Shown: positions 50,540 through 60,802, counted from the stretch's first letter. The stretch is 64,000 nucleotides of DNA from Candidatus Poribacteria bacterium (GCA_965242965.1 OZ251518.1:5568001-5632000), one strand, 5' to 3'. The notes: a model not told the origin generated them from the sequence alone. Made by a program: numbers and translations.

Positions 50540-51673
50540 TCAGAGATGCCGCAAATCAACGCGGTATATCTGCCGCGAACCTTCATGAACCGAATCGAAC
50601 GTGACTGTCGTGCCATCCGGTGCCCAGCGCGGATGCAAATCGCATCGGATATCGCCGGTGAACTGCTTCTCGTGATGGAATTCGCCCAAGACAACTTTTC
50701 GGTTTTCGGCGATATGATAAACCATCAACTGCGCCAACCGTTCTGAACCTCGCGGGTAGGTATCGCACAGCAGCCACTGCCTATCGGGTGAAAACGAGGC
50801 GTGTCCATCGCTCGGCAGCACGCCGCGCCCGAACGGTGTAAAGTCGCGCGCACCGTCGGTAAACACAACGAACCCCATCTCACCGGTGATGTTTGAAGAG
50901 ACGAGAATCTGCGTTGGCGTTCGCCAATCAAAATGCGAGACGCGGTAACCAAAGGGGATTTGCATCGCCAAATCGGAACCGTCCGGGTTAACCGTCCAGA
51001 GGGATGAGTCAAACCCGTTTTCGTGGCGGCAGCGGCAGAAAAAGAGGACGCGCGTGCCATCCGTATTAAAAAGGACATGATTAAACCACGCCCGTCCACC
51101 GGCGAGGCGTTCGTCTCCGCTCTTCTGGACAACCTCGGCGATGGAGAGGACAAGCCGCGCGCTGCCATCTTGCAGGTTAAGGAGATATAGCCCATCGTCT
51201 TCAGGTTGCGCAATGATGTCGTCAGGATGCATCTCGTTGGCATAGCCGACGACAGCGCGGCAGTGCGCCATCCGCGCGTAGTTCAACCCGATAGCCATCG
51301 GTGCAGTCGGTGAAACAGCGGCAATAGCGCCTTGTATCGTGCGGACTTGCCTAGTTGTCGGATGGACGGCACGCGAGACGAGTTCGCCATCTTCCCAATC
51401 GTTAAACGTGAATGCGTCGCCTATCCAGTGCAACATGCTTCCTTGCTGGAGGTTGAACGCCGATGTTTTCGCATACGCGATAAATTCATGCGTCTCGCCG
51501 TGGATAAGCCCAACAGCGGCGACATCTGCCGGGAACGGCCGGCGCGTATGGAAATCTGTCTCCAGCGCGAGATGATACGTTCCCGTGCTATCCCACGGGT
51601 TAATGCCGTAATAGCCGAAAAAGTGGTGCTGAGGCGGCATAGATAATCTGTGAATATCCATATTTTGAAACAA
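50540..51673 (-). CDS. Beta-propeller protein (TolB/oligogalacturonate-lyase-like); function unknown
   Basis: HHFFGYY, FNLQQG, DGHASFSPD..DTYP, RCDLHPRW..FDS. Confidence 0.6.
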   Translation of the reverse strand: MFQNMDIHRLSMPPQHHFFGYYGINPWDSTGTYHLALETDFHTRRPFPADVAAVGLIHGETHEFIAYAKTSAFNLQQGSMLHWIGDAFTFNDWEDGELVSRAVHPTTRQVRTIQGAIAAVSPTAPMAIGLNYARMAHCRAVVGYANEMHPDDIIAQPEDDGLYLLNLQDGSARLVLSIAEVVQKSGDERLAGGRAWFNHVLFNTDGTRVLFFCRCRHENGFDSSLWTVNPDGSDLAMQIPFGYRVSHFDWRTPTQILVSSNITGEMGFVVFTDGARDFTPFGRGVLPSDGHASFSPDRQWLLCDTYPRGSERLAQLMVYHIAENRKVVLGEFHHEKQFTGDIRCDLHPRWAPDGTTVTFDSVHEGSRQIYRVDLRHL

Positions 51674-51828
51674 AAACCTACTTGCATCGTTTTATTTACA
51701 GAGGAAGAATCACTGCACAGACGCAATCCGGCATTTTCGCCGAAGACTCCGGTGTTTTCCGGCACCCTAATTTTACCCGTGAGGCGAGGGGAACCTACCC
51801 CTCCATACATGCACCGATGCAGCAAGCA

Positions 51829-52563
51829 ATGAAAATCGTAGCGAAAACAGACATAGGCAAACTTCGTGAACGGAACGAAGATTCATACTATTTTGACACC
51901 GGCCTCCAACTTTTCGCTGTCGCCGATGGCATGAGCGGGCACGAACGAGGAGACCTGGCGAGTTGTCTCGCTCTAGGCGTTATCAAGGATTGGGCCACCG
52001 GTAAAGCACGTTCCGATAGCGATGTGGGGCCCATCAAAAAACTGGAAATCCTGAGCGAACTCGCCACGGAAGCGAACCAACGTGTTTACGCCACCGCGCA
52101 GCACCAGACACAGCGCAGCGGTATGGGCACCACACTTATCGCAGGTTTTGCCACTGCCAGTTATCTTGCCTATGTCTCTGTCGGCGATAGCCGACTCTAC
52201 GTGTTACAGGATGAGACGCTCACACAGATAACAACCGACGACTCGCTCGTGCAAAAAATGGTTGATGAGGGCGAAATTACTCCCGAAGAAAGCCGAGTGC
52301 ATGCGAAACGAAACATCCTCATGCAGGCAATCGGCTTGTCCCCAGATGTCACCGTTAACGCCGATGTGCATCCGCTCAAGCCGGGTGACATCATCCTCGG
52401 GTGCACCGATGGCTTGCATGACTTGATTATTGACGACGCGGAAATCGCTGAAATTATCCTCTCTGCACCGACGCTTGAGGCGGCGTGTGAAAACCTCGTT
52501 GACAAGGCACTGAATTATGGCGGCACCGATAACGTTACGGTGCTTCTAGCCGCTGTGGAATAA
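51829..52563 (+). CDS. PP2C-family Ser/Thr phosphatase
   Basis: RERNED, ADGM, GMGTT, GDSR, TDGL, GGTDNVT. Confidence 0.93.
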   Translation: MKIVAKTDIGKLRERNEDSYYFDTGLQLFAVADGMSGHERGDLASCLALGVIKDWATGKARSDSDVGPIKKLEILSELATEANQRVYATAQHQTQRSGMGTTLIAGFATASYLAYVSVGDSRLYVLQDETLTQITTDDSLVQKMVDEGEITPEESRVHAKRNILMQAIGLSPDVTVNADVHPLKPGDIILGCTDGLHDLIIDDAEIAEIILSAPTLEAACENLVDKALNYGGTDNVTVLLAAVE

Positions 52564-52571
52564 TCTCCTAT

Positions 52572-52910
52572 GAGGGTGTTTCATAAATCCGTTGGCGCGC
52601 CCTCCCGCGTCTCGATGTTCCCGTAGCGCGGGGGCCTGTCCCTCGCGAGCGTTGGTCCCTCTGTAGGGCAAGAGTGCCTGCTCTTGACCCGTTCGGGAGC
52701 AGGTGCTCCCGAACTACGGTCTTTTCCAAGGTCCAGGCACGGCGAGGGACAGGCCCTCGCCCTACGGTAAAACGTGGCCCCCTCTGTAGGTCAAGAGCGC
52801 CTGCTCTTGACCCGTTCGGGAGCAGGTGCTCCCGAACTACGGTCTTTGGGCATGGCGAGGGGAACCCGCTCGCATGCGCGTGTGGCATGCGAGGGCCCAA
52901 GCCCTACGGT
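52572..52910. repeat. TIR end plus REP cluster between convergent genes
   Basis: GAGGGTGTTTCATAAATCC end resembles the 42892 end; duplicated D units. Confidence 0.85.
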
Positions 52911-52941
52911 GCGGGGACAGGAATTATGCCGCTGTCATTCG

Positions 52942-53370
52942 TCATTCTTCCTGCAGCCCCAAAATCAGCGCGTCTTCATCGTATGCATCGGGTTCGGGAA
53001 GAAGCGGGCGTTCCAGTACCGGCAGCTCAACCCGGGCCGCCTCTGCCCACAGCCGTTCCAGGTTATAGTAGTCGCGTCGTTCGGCGAGAAAGATATGCAC
53101 CACGAAGTCGACGTAGTCAAGCAGTATCCAGTCCGCCTTCCGCGCACCCTCCCGATGCCAAGGTCGCTGCTGCCAGTTCTGTTCCAATTCCTCAACTACA
53201 GCTTCCGAGATACCTTCGACCTGGATGTCGGAGGCACCGCTGAAAATTGCGAAGTAGTCTGTGAAGCCATCTAGTTCGCGCAAATCGAGGATAACGCCAT
53301 CTTGCGCGCGTCGGCCTATTGCGGCGGCTGCCGCCGCTTTTACCATAGCTAATGTGCTGTTTTCTGTCAT
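52942..53370 (-). CDS. rsfS: Ribosome silencing factor
   Basis: TDYFAI, WILLDYVDFVVHIF..RDYYNLERLW. Confidence 0.93.
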   Translation of the reverse strand: MTENSTLAMVKAAAAAAIGRRAQDGVILDLRELDGFTDYFAIFSGASDIQVEGISEAVVEELEQNWQQRPWHREGARKADWILLDYVDFVVHIFLAERRDYYNLERLWAEAARVELPVLERPLLPEPDAYDEDALILGLQEE

Positions 53371-53510
53371 TTATGATACCTCCTCAAAACAGGTTCGTTT
53401 TCGTTTTTTTTGCCATCTATGCCATCGCCGCATTTAAAATCCGATTTAGAACGGACAATTGCTATTGAACGGCCCGTAAGAGAGTTCTCCTAGTCTCAAT
53501 GCATACGAAC

Positions 53511-54170
53511 TCAAACATTAGAACTAGGGGGCAGCTCGAACGTGCTATTATAGGTATGTAGTGTATTCGGATGAATCATCACCCCTTTTTCAAGGAGATG
53601 CTGGATTTTATAGTTAGCGACGTGATGCACGGCGCGCGACAGCTGCGTGTAAGCCAGTTCGCGCACCACGTCTACTCCTTCGTGCGTGCGCGTCGGTTCT
53701 GCAAAATCGGCGACGTAAAGCACCTGCGCGATAGGGCCCATGGCCGGATGCCCTGTCGTGTGCCAACGAATGGCTTCAAGCACCCCGGTGTCTACCACGC
53801 CGAATTGCTCCTGGGCGAGTTTTACGCCGATAATCGCATGCAAGAGCGCGGGCGTAACTTGCTCTACCGAATCGAGAAGAATTTCATAACGCGCCGCTGC
53901 GCGATAGAGCTCCTCTCGGTTCATCCACTTCGCGCAGTCATGAAGAAGTGCAGCGAGACGCGTTTTCTCCACATCTACCGCATGGCATTGCGCGAGTTCA
54001 ATAGCCATATCCTGCACCGAGAGGACGTGGTGGTAACGCCGCTGCGTCAGTTTCTCGGCGAGATATTCTTGGAGCGCAACAGCAGGCCGGGCGCATGCAT
54101 CGTTCGGGGGTTCCCGACGTTCTCTTTTTCGCTTATTCGGTGCCTTCGGTGCCTTCGGTGCCATTATCAA
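53511..54170 (-). CDS. yqeK: YqeK HD-domain Ap4A hydrolase; start uncertain
   Basis: RYHH, LLHDCAK, LLHA, WHTTG, VADFAEP; nadD-rsfS context. Confidence 0.88.
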   Translation of the reverse strand: MIMAPKAPKAPNKRKRERREPPNDACARPAVALQEYLAEKLTQRRYHHVLSVQDMAIELAQCHAVDVEKTRLAALLHDCAKWMNREELYRAAARYEILLDSVEQVTPALLHAIIGVKLAQEQFGVVDTGVLEAIRWHTTGHPAMGPIAQVLYVADFAEPTRTHEGVDVVRELAYTQLSRAVHHVANYKIQHLLEKGVMIHPNTLHTYNSTFELPPSSNV

Positions 54171-54384
54171 GGTTCATTCCTAATTGGGACAGAATTTCGT
54201 ATTCTGTTTCAGAGGTTATGGGCACAGACAAAGGGGTGCTGATGACGTATTCCTCGTTGAGCCATTTACCCAAGTCAAGTGCCTTGCACTGCTCGCTGCA
54301 AAAAGGGAAGTTTTTGGGCAGGGGTGTGCCTTTTTCCCAGACAAATTCGTAGTCCGTTCCGCAGAGGCTACAGGTGTGTTGCAC
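54133..54384 (-). CDS. yacG: DNA gyrase inhibitor YacG
   Basis: CSLC..FPFCSEQCKALDLGKWLNEEYVI. Confidence 0.85.
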   Translation of the reverse strand: MQHTCSLCGTDYEFVWEKGTPLPKNFPFCSEQCKALDLGKWLNEEYVISTPLSVPITSETEYEILSQLGMNLDNGTEGTEGTE

Positions 54385-54396
54385 GTCTCTTTCTCC

Positions 54397-54990
54397 TTAT
54401 TGATACAGCCGATGCTGGCAAATATATTCGCGGACAGGCTCCGGAACGAGATAGCGAATGGAACGTCCCAGTGCAATCCGTTCCCGAATTTCTGTCGCCG
54501 AGATATCCACGCCTGTTATCCGAAAGGTGGTAACGCGATTTCGGATGGCGGGCGGCACGCGCGTCAACTCATAACTCGGGCGCGTCGTCGCAATCATCTC
54601 GCACCGTGCCAAAACTTCGTCGAAATCCTTCCAGATTTGATATTCAATGAGCGAGTCCGCGCCGATAATCCACCCGATTTTGGCCGTATCGCCGTAGAGG
54701 GTTTGCAAGTCTTTCAACGTCTGGATAGTATATGAGGGCCCGGCGCGCTCTACCTCCATCCGCGACACCTCAAAGCGCGGATGCTCTGCCGTGGCTAAGC
54801 ACACCATCTGATAGCGGTGTTCCGGCGAGACGATATGCGTTGCGGCTTTATGCGGCGGGCGTGCCGAGGGCATAAACAAGATTTTTTCGTAGCCTAACCC
54901 TTCCCGCACTTGCTCCGCGCTGAGCAGGTGCGCGTAATGAATCGGATTGAAGGTGCCGCCCATGATGGCGATTTTCTCTTGGGTTTCCAT
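54397..54990 (-). CDS. nadD: Nicotinate-nucleotide adenylyltransferase
   Basis: GGTFNPIHYAH, PPHK, SYT, IIGADS, ISATEIR. Confidence 0.95.
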   Translation of the reverse strand: METQEKIAIMGGTFNPIHYAHLLSAEQVREGLGYEKILFMPSARPPHKAATHIVSPEHRYQMVCLATAEHPRFEVSRMEVERAGPSYTIQTLKDLQTLYGDTAKIGWIIGADSLIEYQIWKDFDEVLARCEMIATTRPSYELTRVPPAIRNRVTTFRITGVDISATEIRERIALGRSIRYLVPEPVREYICQHRLYQ

Positions 54991-55068
54991 ACCGCGTTCC
55001 GCGCCTTGATAAAAAGTATATCACTTTAAAAAAGAAAAGTCAATTAAAAAAAGAGAACGCCATCCAAC

Positions 55069-55255
55069 CGTAGGTTGAGGGCCTGTCCCTCAACATGCCG
55101 AGAAATAGAACGCCACCCAACCGTAGGTTGAGGGCCTGTCCCTCAACATAGAGAACGCCGCCCAACGGTAGGTTGAGGGCCTGTCCCTCAACATGCCGAG
55201 AACTCAACAGCACCGCACGCAACCGTTGCTCGCCAGGGAAAAGCCCCGCGCTACG
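55069..55255. repeat. REP family B variant cluster
   Basis: Three GTAGGTTGAGGGCCTGTCCCTCAAC copies. Confidence 0.88.
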
Positions 55256-55271
55256 AACCGCTGGCGATTAT

Positions 55272-56336
55272 CTATCTTTCGCCGAGCGTAACCACCCGGG
55301 TCATTTCCTGTCCGTTCCGATAGATTTTAAGATTGACTCGCGTCTGCGGTGCGGCAGTCATGACACATCGCAGAAGTTGCGGATAATTCTCGACTGGATG
55401 CTCGTTGAATTGAAGGATGACATCTTCCGGCAGAAGTCCGCTTTTGTGCGCCGGTCCGTTTTCAGTGACGCGCGTGATGAAGACACCCGATTCGCCCATC
55501 TCAATTTGGACACCGAGCCAGCCGCGCGCGACTTTCCCGTGCGCGATAATTTCCTTCGCAACCGACAAAACCGTTTCAATCGGAACGGCGAAAGTCACCC
55601 AAGATTGCGCCACCGGTGGGATGCGGAACTCTGTGATGTCATCGCCTGCCATCACTGTCGGCATTTCGGGAACGGCATCTGTCAAAACTGCCAAGATCAT
55701 CCCGACAACTTCGCCTGCGGTATTGACGACTGCGCCGCCGCTGTTGCCGGGCGTGACAGGCGCGTTGATTTTGATGACTTCGGCGCAATGAGAATTGGGC
55801 AAGATGTCCCAACCCCCGACGATACCGAATGAGATAACAGGGCTCGCGCCGTAAGAACTGCCTACCGTGACTACCCAGGAGCCGCTATCAATGTCGGCAG
55901 AATTGCCGAAGTGGATTTGGGCATCCTCGCGGCCGGGGACAGTTTTGACGCGCAGCACGGCGATGTCTGTCATCACATCCTCACCGAGCAGTTCAGCCTC
56001 GGCACGCTTACCGTCGTGAAAGACGACTTCTATCTGCTGAGCAGTGCTATCAAACGTCGTCGTCACAACGTGCCCGGCTGCATCAATGACGATGCCGGAG
56101 CCGACGCTCTGCCGCGTGAGGACAGTTTTCTGAATCTCCGATGGGAAACTCGGCAATTCAAGCTGATGCGTTGCTACCACTCTGACAATCGCCGGCCGTG
56201 AGGCGGCGACTACCTTCTGAAATTCCTTCTCAATCAGTTGGAGCATGTTGCTTTGCGCGATGCCCGGGGCGATTGCATAGGCGATTGCGTAAAAGAGTAA
56301 GCTAAGTATGAGGAGCGTTAATTTGTTGGGACGCAT
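55272..56336 (-). CDS. HtrA/DegP-like trypsin plus PDZ protein; catalytic His absent
   Basis: GSGIVID..VVTTTF, TDIAVL, PGNSGG, GWLGV PDZ. Confidence 0.88.
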   Translation of the reverse strand: MRPNKLTLLILSLLFYAIAYAIAPGIAQSNMLQLIEKEFQKVVAASRPAIVRVVATHQLELPSFPSEIQKTVLTRQSVGSGIVIDAAGHVVTTTFDSTAQQIEVVFHDGKRAEAELLGEDVMTDIAVLRVKTVPGREDAQIHFGNSADIDSGSWVVTVGSSYGASPVISFGIVGGWDILPNSHCAEVIKINAPVTPGNSGGAVVNTAGEVVGMILAVLTDAVPEMPTVMAGDDITEFRIPPVAQSWVTFAVPIETVLSVAKEIIAHGKVARGWLGVQIEMGESGVFITRVTENGPAHKSGLLPEDVILQFNEHPVENYPQLLRCVMTAAPQTRVNLKIYRNGQEMTRVVTLGER

Positions 56337-56401
56337 GCGTTTATCCTCTGTGGCGAGGGACAGATTGCCCTCGCCTTACGGGTAATAAAGGTTACGAAAA
56401 C

Positions 56402-56923
56402 CTACAATCCTCCTTGCGTTGGCACGCCGGTGTAGCTCACCTGTTTTAAGACGTAATGCTGCATCGGTTGCGATGAGATACTGGTGCCGGCGAAGCCAGT
56501 GGGCAGTGCCGGTCCGCGCGTTTGCATTGCCGCAGGCAGTTGCCCCGTCTGTTCTATAGTCACCGCGCGTCCGCGGTCGCCGTCATGATAAACGACGTAG
56601 GTGACAAAAAAGGTGGCGAACACCAACACCAGCGCGCCGTATGCCCATCGTGGCAGCGTGAAGCCATAGAAGAGCCGTTGCCAGAATGGCAGTGTGACGC
56701 GCGGTTCATTGGCGAGCCGTTCGTGTAGCGTTGCCCTAAAATTGGGCGAAGGTTCAATTTGCGGTAACTCCTCCACCTCCGTGAGCGTCTGCGCGAAGAG
56801 GACGTATTCACGCTGACATCGTTCGCACTGTTCAATATGCGTCTCGAAATTTTTCAACGTTCGATAATCGATGCTGTCTTCGAGATGGGCGGAGAAGTGG
56901 TTCTCAGCCTGTAAGCAGTTCAT
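56402..56923 (-). CDS. zf-HC2 anti-sigma factor
   Basis: MNC..HIEQCERC plus a TM helix. Confidence 0.88.
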   Translation of the reverse strand: MNCLQAENHFSAHLEDSIDYRTLKNFETHIEQCERCQREYVLFAQTLTEVEELPQIEPSPNFRATLHERLANEPRVTLPFWQRLFYGFTLPRWAYGALVLVFATFFVTYVVYHDGDRGRAVTIEQTGQLPAAMQTRGPALPTGFAGTSISSQPMQHYVLKQVSYTGVPTQGGL

Positions 56924-57525
56924 AATTTCTCCATGAAAGGCTTTAACTTATCCTTCAATATGAGTCGAGCTCGGTTGATTCGAGATTTGGTTGTGCCGGC
57001 GCGGATGCCAAGCACCTTGCTGATTTCCTCGTAACTGAGGCCTTGAATGTCACGTAGCACCAGCGGTTCTCGATATTGTTCGGGTAATGCCGCGATGGCT
57101 TTTCGGAGCGCGTCGCGGAGTTCCTTGCGTTGCAGCACCACATCGGGTTCGTAAGAGGCATCGGCAGGCGCATTGGCGATGCGGCTCTCAATCCCTGCCC
57201 CGGCATCCTCTTCCTCGTCTTTCACCGTGTTATCCACCCAATGCCGGTCGCGGCGCGCGCGATTGCGGAGCTCATTCTTGCACAAATTCGACGCGATGTG
57301 ATACATCCACGTGTTGAATTGCGCGCGCCCCGGCTTGTAACGAGGGGCAGCCTGAAAAATGCGGATGAACGTGTCCTGCGCCAAGTCCTCGGCACTGTCT
57401 CTGTCACCGATGAATTGCGCTATAAAATTAATCAGCGGCTTCTCATGTCGGCGGACTAGGAGCGTAAATGCATCCTCATCGCCTTTCTGAAAGCGTTCCA
57501 TTAATTCATCGTCTAATTCAGGCAT
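56920..57525 (-). CDS. ECF sigma factor
   Basis: AEDLAQDTF, FNTWMYHIA, LSYEEIS..GTTKSRINRAR; GGAGG RBS. Confidence 0.92.
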   Translation of the reverse strand: MPELDDELMERFQKGDEDAFTLLVRRHEKPLINFIAQFIGDRDSAEDLAQDTFIRIFQAAPRYKPGRAQFNTWMYHIASNLCKNELRNRARRDRHWVDNTVKDEEEDAGAGIESRIANAPADASYEPDVVLQRKELRDALRKAIAALPEQYREPLVLRDIQGLSYEEISKVLGIRAGTTKSRINRARLILKDKLKPFMEKL

Positions 57526-57554
57526 CAGTTCCCTCCATAGGTGCTTATTGTATA

Positions 57555-57582
57555 ATACACACCTCACCGCCGAGTTAGTTCC
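57555..57582 (-). promoter_or_regulatory. Putative autoregulatory ECF promoter
   Basis: GGAACT-N16-GTGTAT on the minus strand, upstream of the sigma gene. Confidence 0.45.
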
Positions 57583-58016
57583 AATTTTTTTTATTTTGCA
57601 AAATGAACCTCGCGCGCATGATAACAAAAAAATTTTATCATATATCTCTGAAAATGTCAAATTGCGTCGGAATCTCGCGTTTTTCATTGCATCGCCAACT
57701 AGAATATGGTATCATAACATTTGTCAACACATGCAAATGGAACGAGACAGGCGCAAATTCTGCGTCTGTCGCAATCCCCGCGGCAACCGTAAACATACCG
57801 CCAGCGAAAAAAGGCGTGGGCATTTTGTATTACCCGCGCCTTTTTTCTGTTTACAAAATCCAAACGTTGTGATAAACTGATACCTCAGGAAACGTTATCA
57901 GGACTTCCGCGAATGCCTGAATTCTCCCGCGGGTAGGCACGGTTTCAAACCGCTACCACGGTGACGGGGTTCGCGCTGCGTCCATCGTAATCACAAAGAA
58001 CAATTGGAGGAAAGTT

Positions 58017-58586
58017 ATGTTTGAAGAGGTTTTACAAGAAGTTGAGGCGCAATGTCGCGAGGAACGCATCCCGATGTTGGGGTCCGAAAAAGCGAGATTT
58101 CTTGCCGACTGCGTGGAAAAGGCGAAACCGACGTTGATTGTGGAGTGCGGGACAGCCATCGGCTACTCCGGGCTCTGGATGCTGCGTGTGTTGAAGAATC
58201 TCGGCGCAGGCCGGTTAATAACGGTGGAGATTGACGCTGAACGCGCGAACCGCGCGCGCGCCAGTTTTGAACGCGCCGGTGTGGCAACCCTGGTTGACTC
58301 GCGCATCGGCGATGCACAAGAAGTGCTGAAAGGCATCGAAGAGCCGGTAGATTTTCTGCTCCTTGATAACAGTTTCAGCAACTATTTTCCCTGTTTCCAA
58401 GCGATTGAGCCGCAATTGACGAACCCGGCCACGGTTCTGGCGGATAACGTCGGCATCGGCGCGGAGCAGATGGAAGATTACCTCACGCATGTCCGAGAGC
58501 ACTATGCATCCGAAACCCATTGGTTTGACATCAATCTTCCGTGGGTGAAGCAGGACGCGATTGAGGTGAGTATTTATAGGCGTTGA
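58017..58586 (+). CDS. Class I SAM-dependent O-methyltransferase
   Basis: VECGTAIGYSG, TVEID, GDA, ADNV. Confidence 0.88.
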   Translation: MFEEVLQEVEAQCREERIPMLGSEKARFLADCVEKAKPTLIVECGTAIGYSGLWMLRVLKNLGAGRLITVEIDAERANRARASFERAGVATLVDSRIGDAQEVLKGIEEPVDFLLLDNSFSNYFPCFQAIEPQLTNPATVLADNVGIGAEQMEDYLTHVREHYASETHWFDINLPWVKQDAIEVSIYRR

Positions 58587-58652
58587 GGCGGGATAGGAAC
58601 GCCATCCGTCCTTACGCGCACCGCCGGAGGTTTGCAAGGCCGTTTCCGTTTA

Positions 58653-59085
58653 CCGTAGGGCGAGGGCCTGTCCCTCGCCATGCCAATCGTCTGAAGCAGG
58701 ATTTACACGATTATCACGATTTACCACGATTATAGCGTCGTCACCGTAGGGCGAGGGCCTGTCCCTCGCCGTGCTATCGAGCACGCGTGCGCGCATCACC
58801 TCTGTAGGGCAAGAGCGCCCGCTCTTGCCCCGTTCGGGATCAGGCGATCCCGAACTACGGTCTCTGGGGCACGCAAACGATCGCGGAGGAAACCCCCTCG
58901 CCATGCCAATCGTCTGAAGCAGGATTTTCAAGATTTACAAGATTTCACAGGATTAGATCTCTGGTGCATCGGCGCGGTTGTGGCCTGCCACGGGGTATTC
59001 GATGCATCAGCGTCTATAATCGTGGTAAATCGTGATAATCGTGGTAATCCTGCTCAATCTTGCTAATCTTGAAAATCCTGCTCAT
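58653..59085. repeat. REP cluster plus inverted ~9-nt-period GATT/AATC repeats
   Basis: B and D units; CAGGATTTACACGATTATCACGATTTACCACGATTA with an inverted copy at ~59017-59053. Confidence 0.85.
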
Positions 59086-59095
59086 AATTTTTAAT

Positions 59096-59124
59096 TTGAC
59101 AAAAACACAAAAAAATGGTATAAT
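59096..59124 (+). promoter_or_regulatory. Consensus sigma70 promoter
   Basis: TTGACA-N17-TATAAT with extended TG. Confidence 0.85.
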
Positions 59125-59181
59125 TAAGACAGTGTTTAATTTTCGATCGTTTTTTACATCAATTTAGAGGAGATAAAACAA

Positions 59182-59340
59182 ATGAGAATCCTATTCTCTA
59201 CCATTTTCGCGGGCATTGCTGTCCGCTTGAAACCTACCGTCACCGCGTTATTGCAGCACCCGCTGCAAGTTTTCCGCGCGCATGCGCTCTCCGGTGACGC
59301 ATCCACCCTGAAAAGCCCCCCCTTCATCAACACACGTTAA
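59182..59340 (+). CDS. 52-aa leader ORF containing a C7 tract
   Basis: AGAGGAG RBS, first ATG after the promoter; MRILFSTIF..KSPPFINTR. Confidence 0.45.
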   Translation: MRILFSTIFAGIAVRLKPTVTALLQHPLQVFRAHALSGDASTLKSPPFINTR

Positions 59341-59414
59341 CCCCTGCGCGTTGCAGGATAGCGGCGCACGGCGGTACGGACAGATTATTATCTACCAAGT
59401 TTAAGGAGACCGGC

Positions 59415-60668
59415 ATGACCTTTTTGAACAGAACGTTAACGTTATTTTTGACCCTGCTGTTGCTCTGCTGCTGGAGTTGTGGAGACCCGCCCAACTCCGT
59501 CATGGAGATGGTGCTACCCGATAAAGACATGCCCGCCGCAGAAGAACCACCCGCCGTCACCATGGCAGATGTCAAAACGACACCTGTCGAGGAAGGGACA
59601 GCCGCCGAAGAGCAACCGCCCGCAGACGAACCACCGGTGACGATAGAGACAGAAACGGAGGCAGAGATAGAACCGCCGCCATCTGTCGAACCGGAACTGC
59701 CAGACCTCGGGCTCGCCGCAGAAATGGATGCAATCATGGCATCCGAAGGACAAGTGCACTCCCCCATTCCTGATGAGATTTACGAACAACTCTGGGGAAA
59801 CTGGACAAAAGCAGGCTCGCTCGCACCGCGCAAATTCTACAAAAAGTTCATTGACGCAGACGGCATCGCCATTGTCGGAAGCGAAAATGTCGATAACATG
59901 TTCTTTCAAATGGCGAGACACATCGTCCTCGTCATGACATCGAAAGTGCCAGGGCTCCGCGAAGCACTCTCCGCTAATCAGCCCGGCGGCATTAGCGGCG
60001 ATGATGCACCGTTCCGACTCGTCCTTACAAACCGGGATGCACGAGACGTTATCAACATGCCTGAGAATCTTGAATTCAGACTCAAGTCCGACGACTGGTT
60101 AGCCATCATCCTCGGCACATTTGACGGCTCTCTCGCCCGCGCCGATGTCTACTTCTGGGGAAATAATGAGAACCTTGCAGGGCACAAGACTATCATGCAT
60201 GAGATGGCACACGCAATTGAATCGGCTATTTACGCCCGCAACCTCGTGCCGAACTTCTACGAACGCCTCGGCACCGCATGGGAACGGGAAGCCGAGAAAA
60301 TCGAACGCCGATGGGAAGTCGACGGAAACCCATATCTGCCGTATACAGATGCCGATGGAAACATCATAGGCGCAGAAGACCTGCCCGAATGGGAGGACAG
60401 ACCGAATTATTGCTACGCAAACGGCAATTCGCACGACAGTGCCTCCGAATTCTGGGCACAGTACGTCTCACTGTCATGGTTTGATTTCACGTTTAGCCCG
60501 ACGAGACTTAGGAATCCGGACTATAAACCGTTAGAAATTCGCCGCGAACGCTGCCCGAACCTCGTCGGCATCACCGAAGAAATCTTTCCAAAGTTTTCAC
60601 TCCACTTCGCCGTCGAGACACACGGCTACGAAACCGAAGACGGACGCATCATACGCCACTATTGGTAA
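59415..60668 (+). CDS. Lipoprotein with HExxH zinc-metallopeptidase-like domain
   Basis: Signal peptide ending WSC, Pro/Glu linker, HEMAH, YA..SEFWAQ. Confidence 0.7.
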   Translation: MTFLNRTLTLFLTLLLLCCWSCGDPPNSVMEMVLPDKDMPAAEEPPAVTMADVKTTPVEEGTAAEEQPPADEPPVTIETETEAEIEPPPSVEPELPDLGLAAEMDAIMASEGQVHSPIPDEIYEQLWGNWTKAGSLAPRKFYKKFIDADGIAIVGSENVDNMFFQMARHIVLVMTSKVPGLREALSANQPGGISGDDAPFRLVLTNRDARDVINMPENLEFRLKSDDWLAIILGTFDGSLARADVYFWGNNENLAGHKTIMHEMAHAIESAIYARNLVPNFYERLGTAWEREAEKIERRWEVDGNPYLPYTDADGNIIGAEDLPEWEDRPNYCYANGNSHDSASEFWAQYVSLSWFDFTFSPTRLRNPDYKPLEIRRERCPNLVGITEEIFPKFSLHFAVETHGYETEDGRIIRHYW

Positions 60669-60802
60669 ACGAAGAGTATTAGGAAAAGCCAATGGACAAT
60701 CTAGAACTGCACGAAAATCTCAACGCGCAACCCGAGAAGTTGCAAGAACTCTTGGAAACGCCGCGCCTCTGCCAGCTCCTCAATCCGAGTGCCTAAAGTT
60801 AC

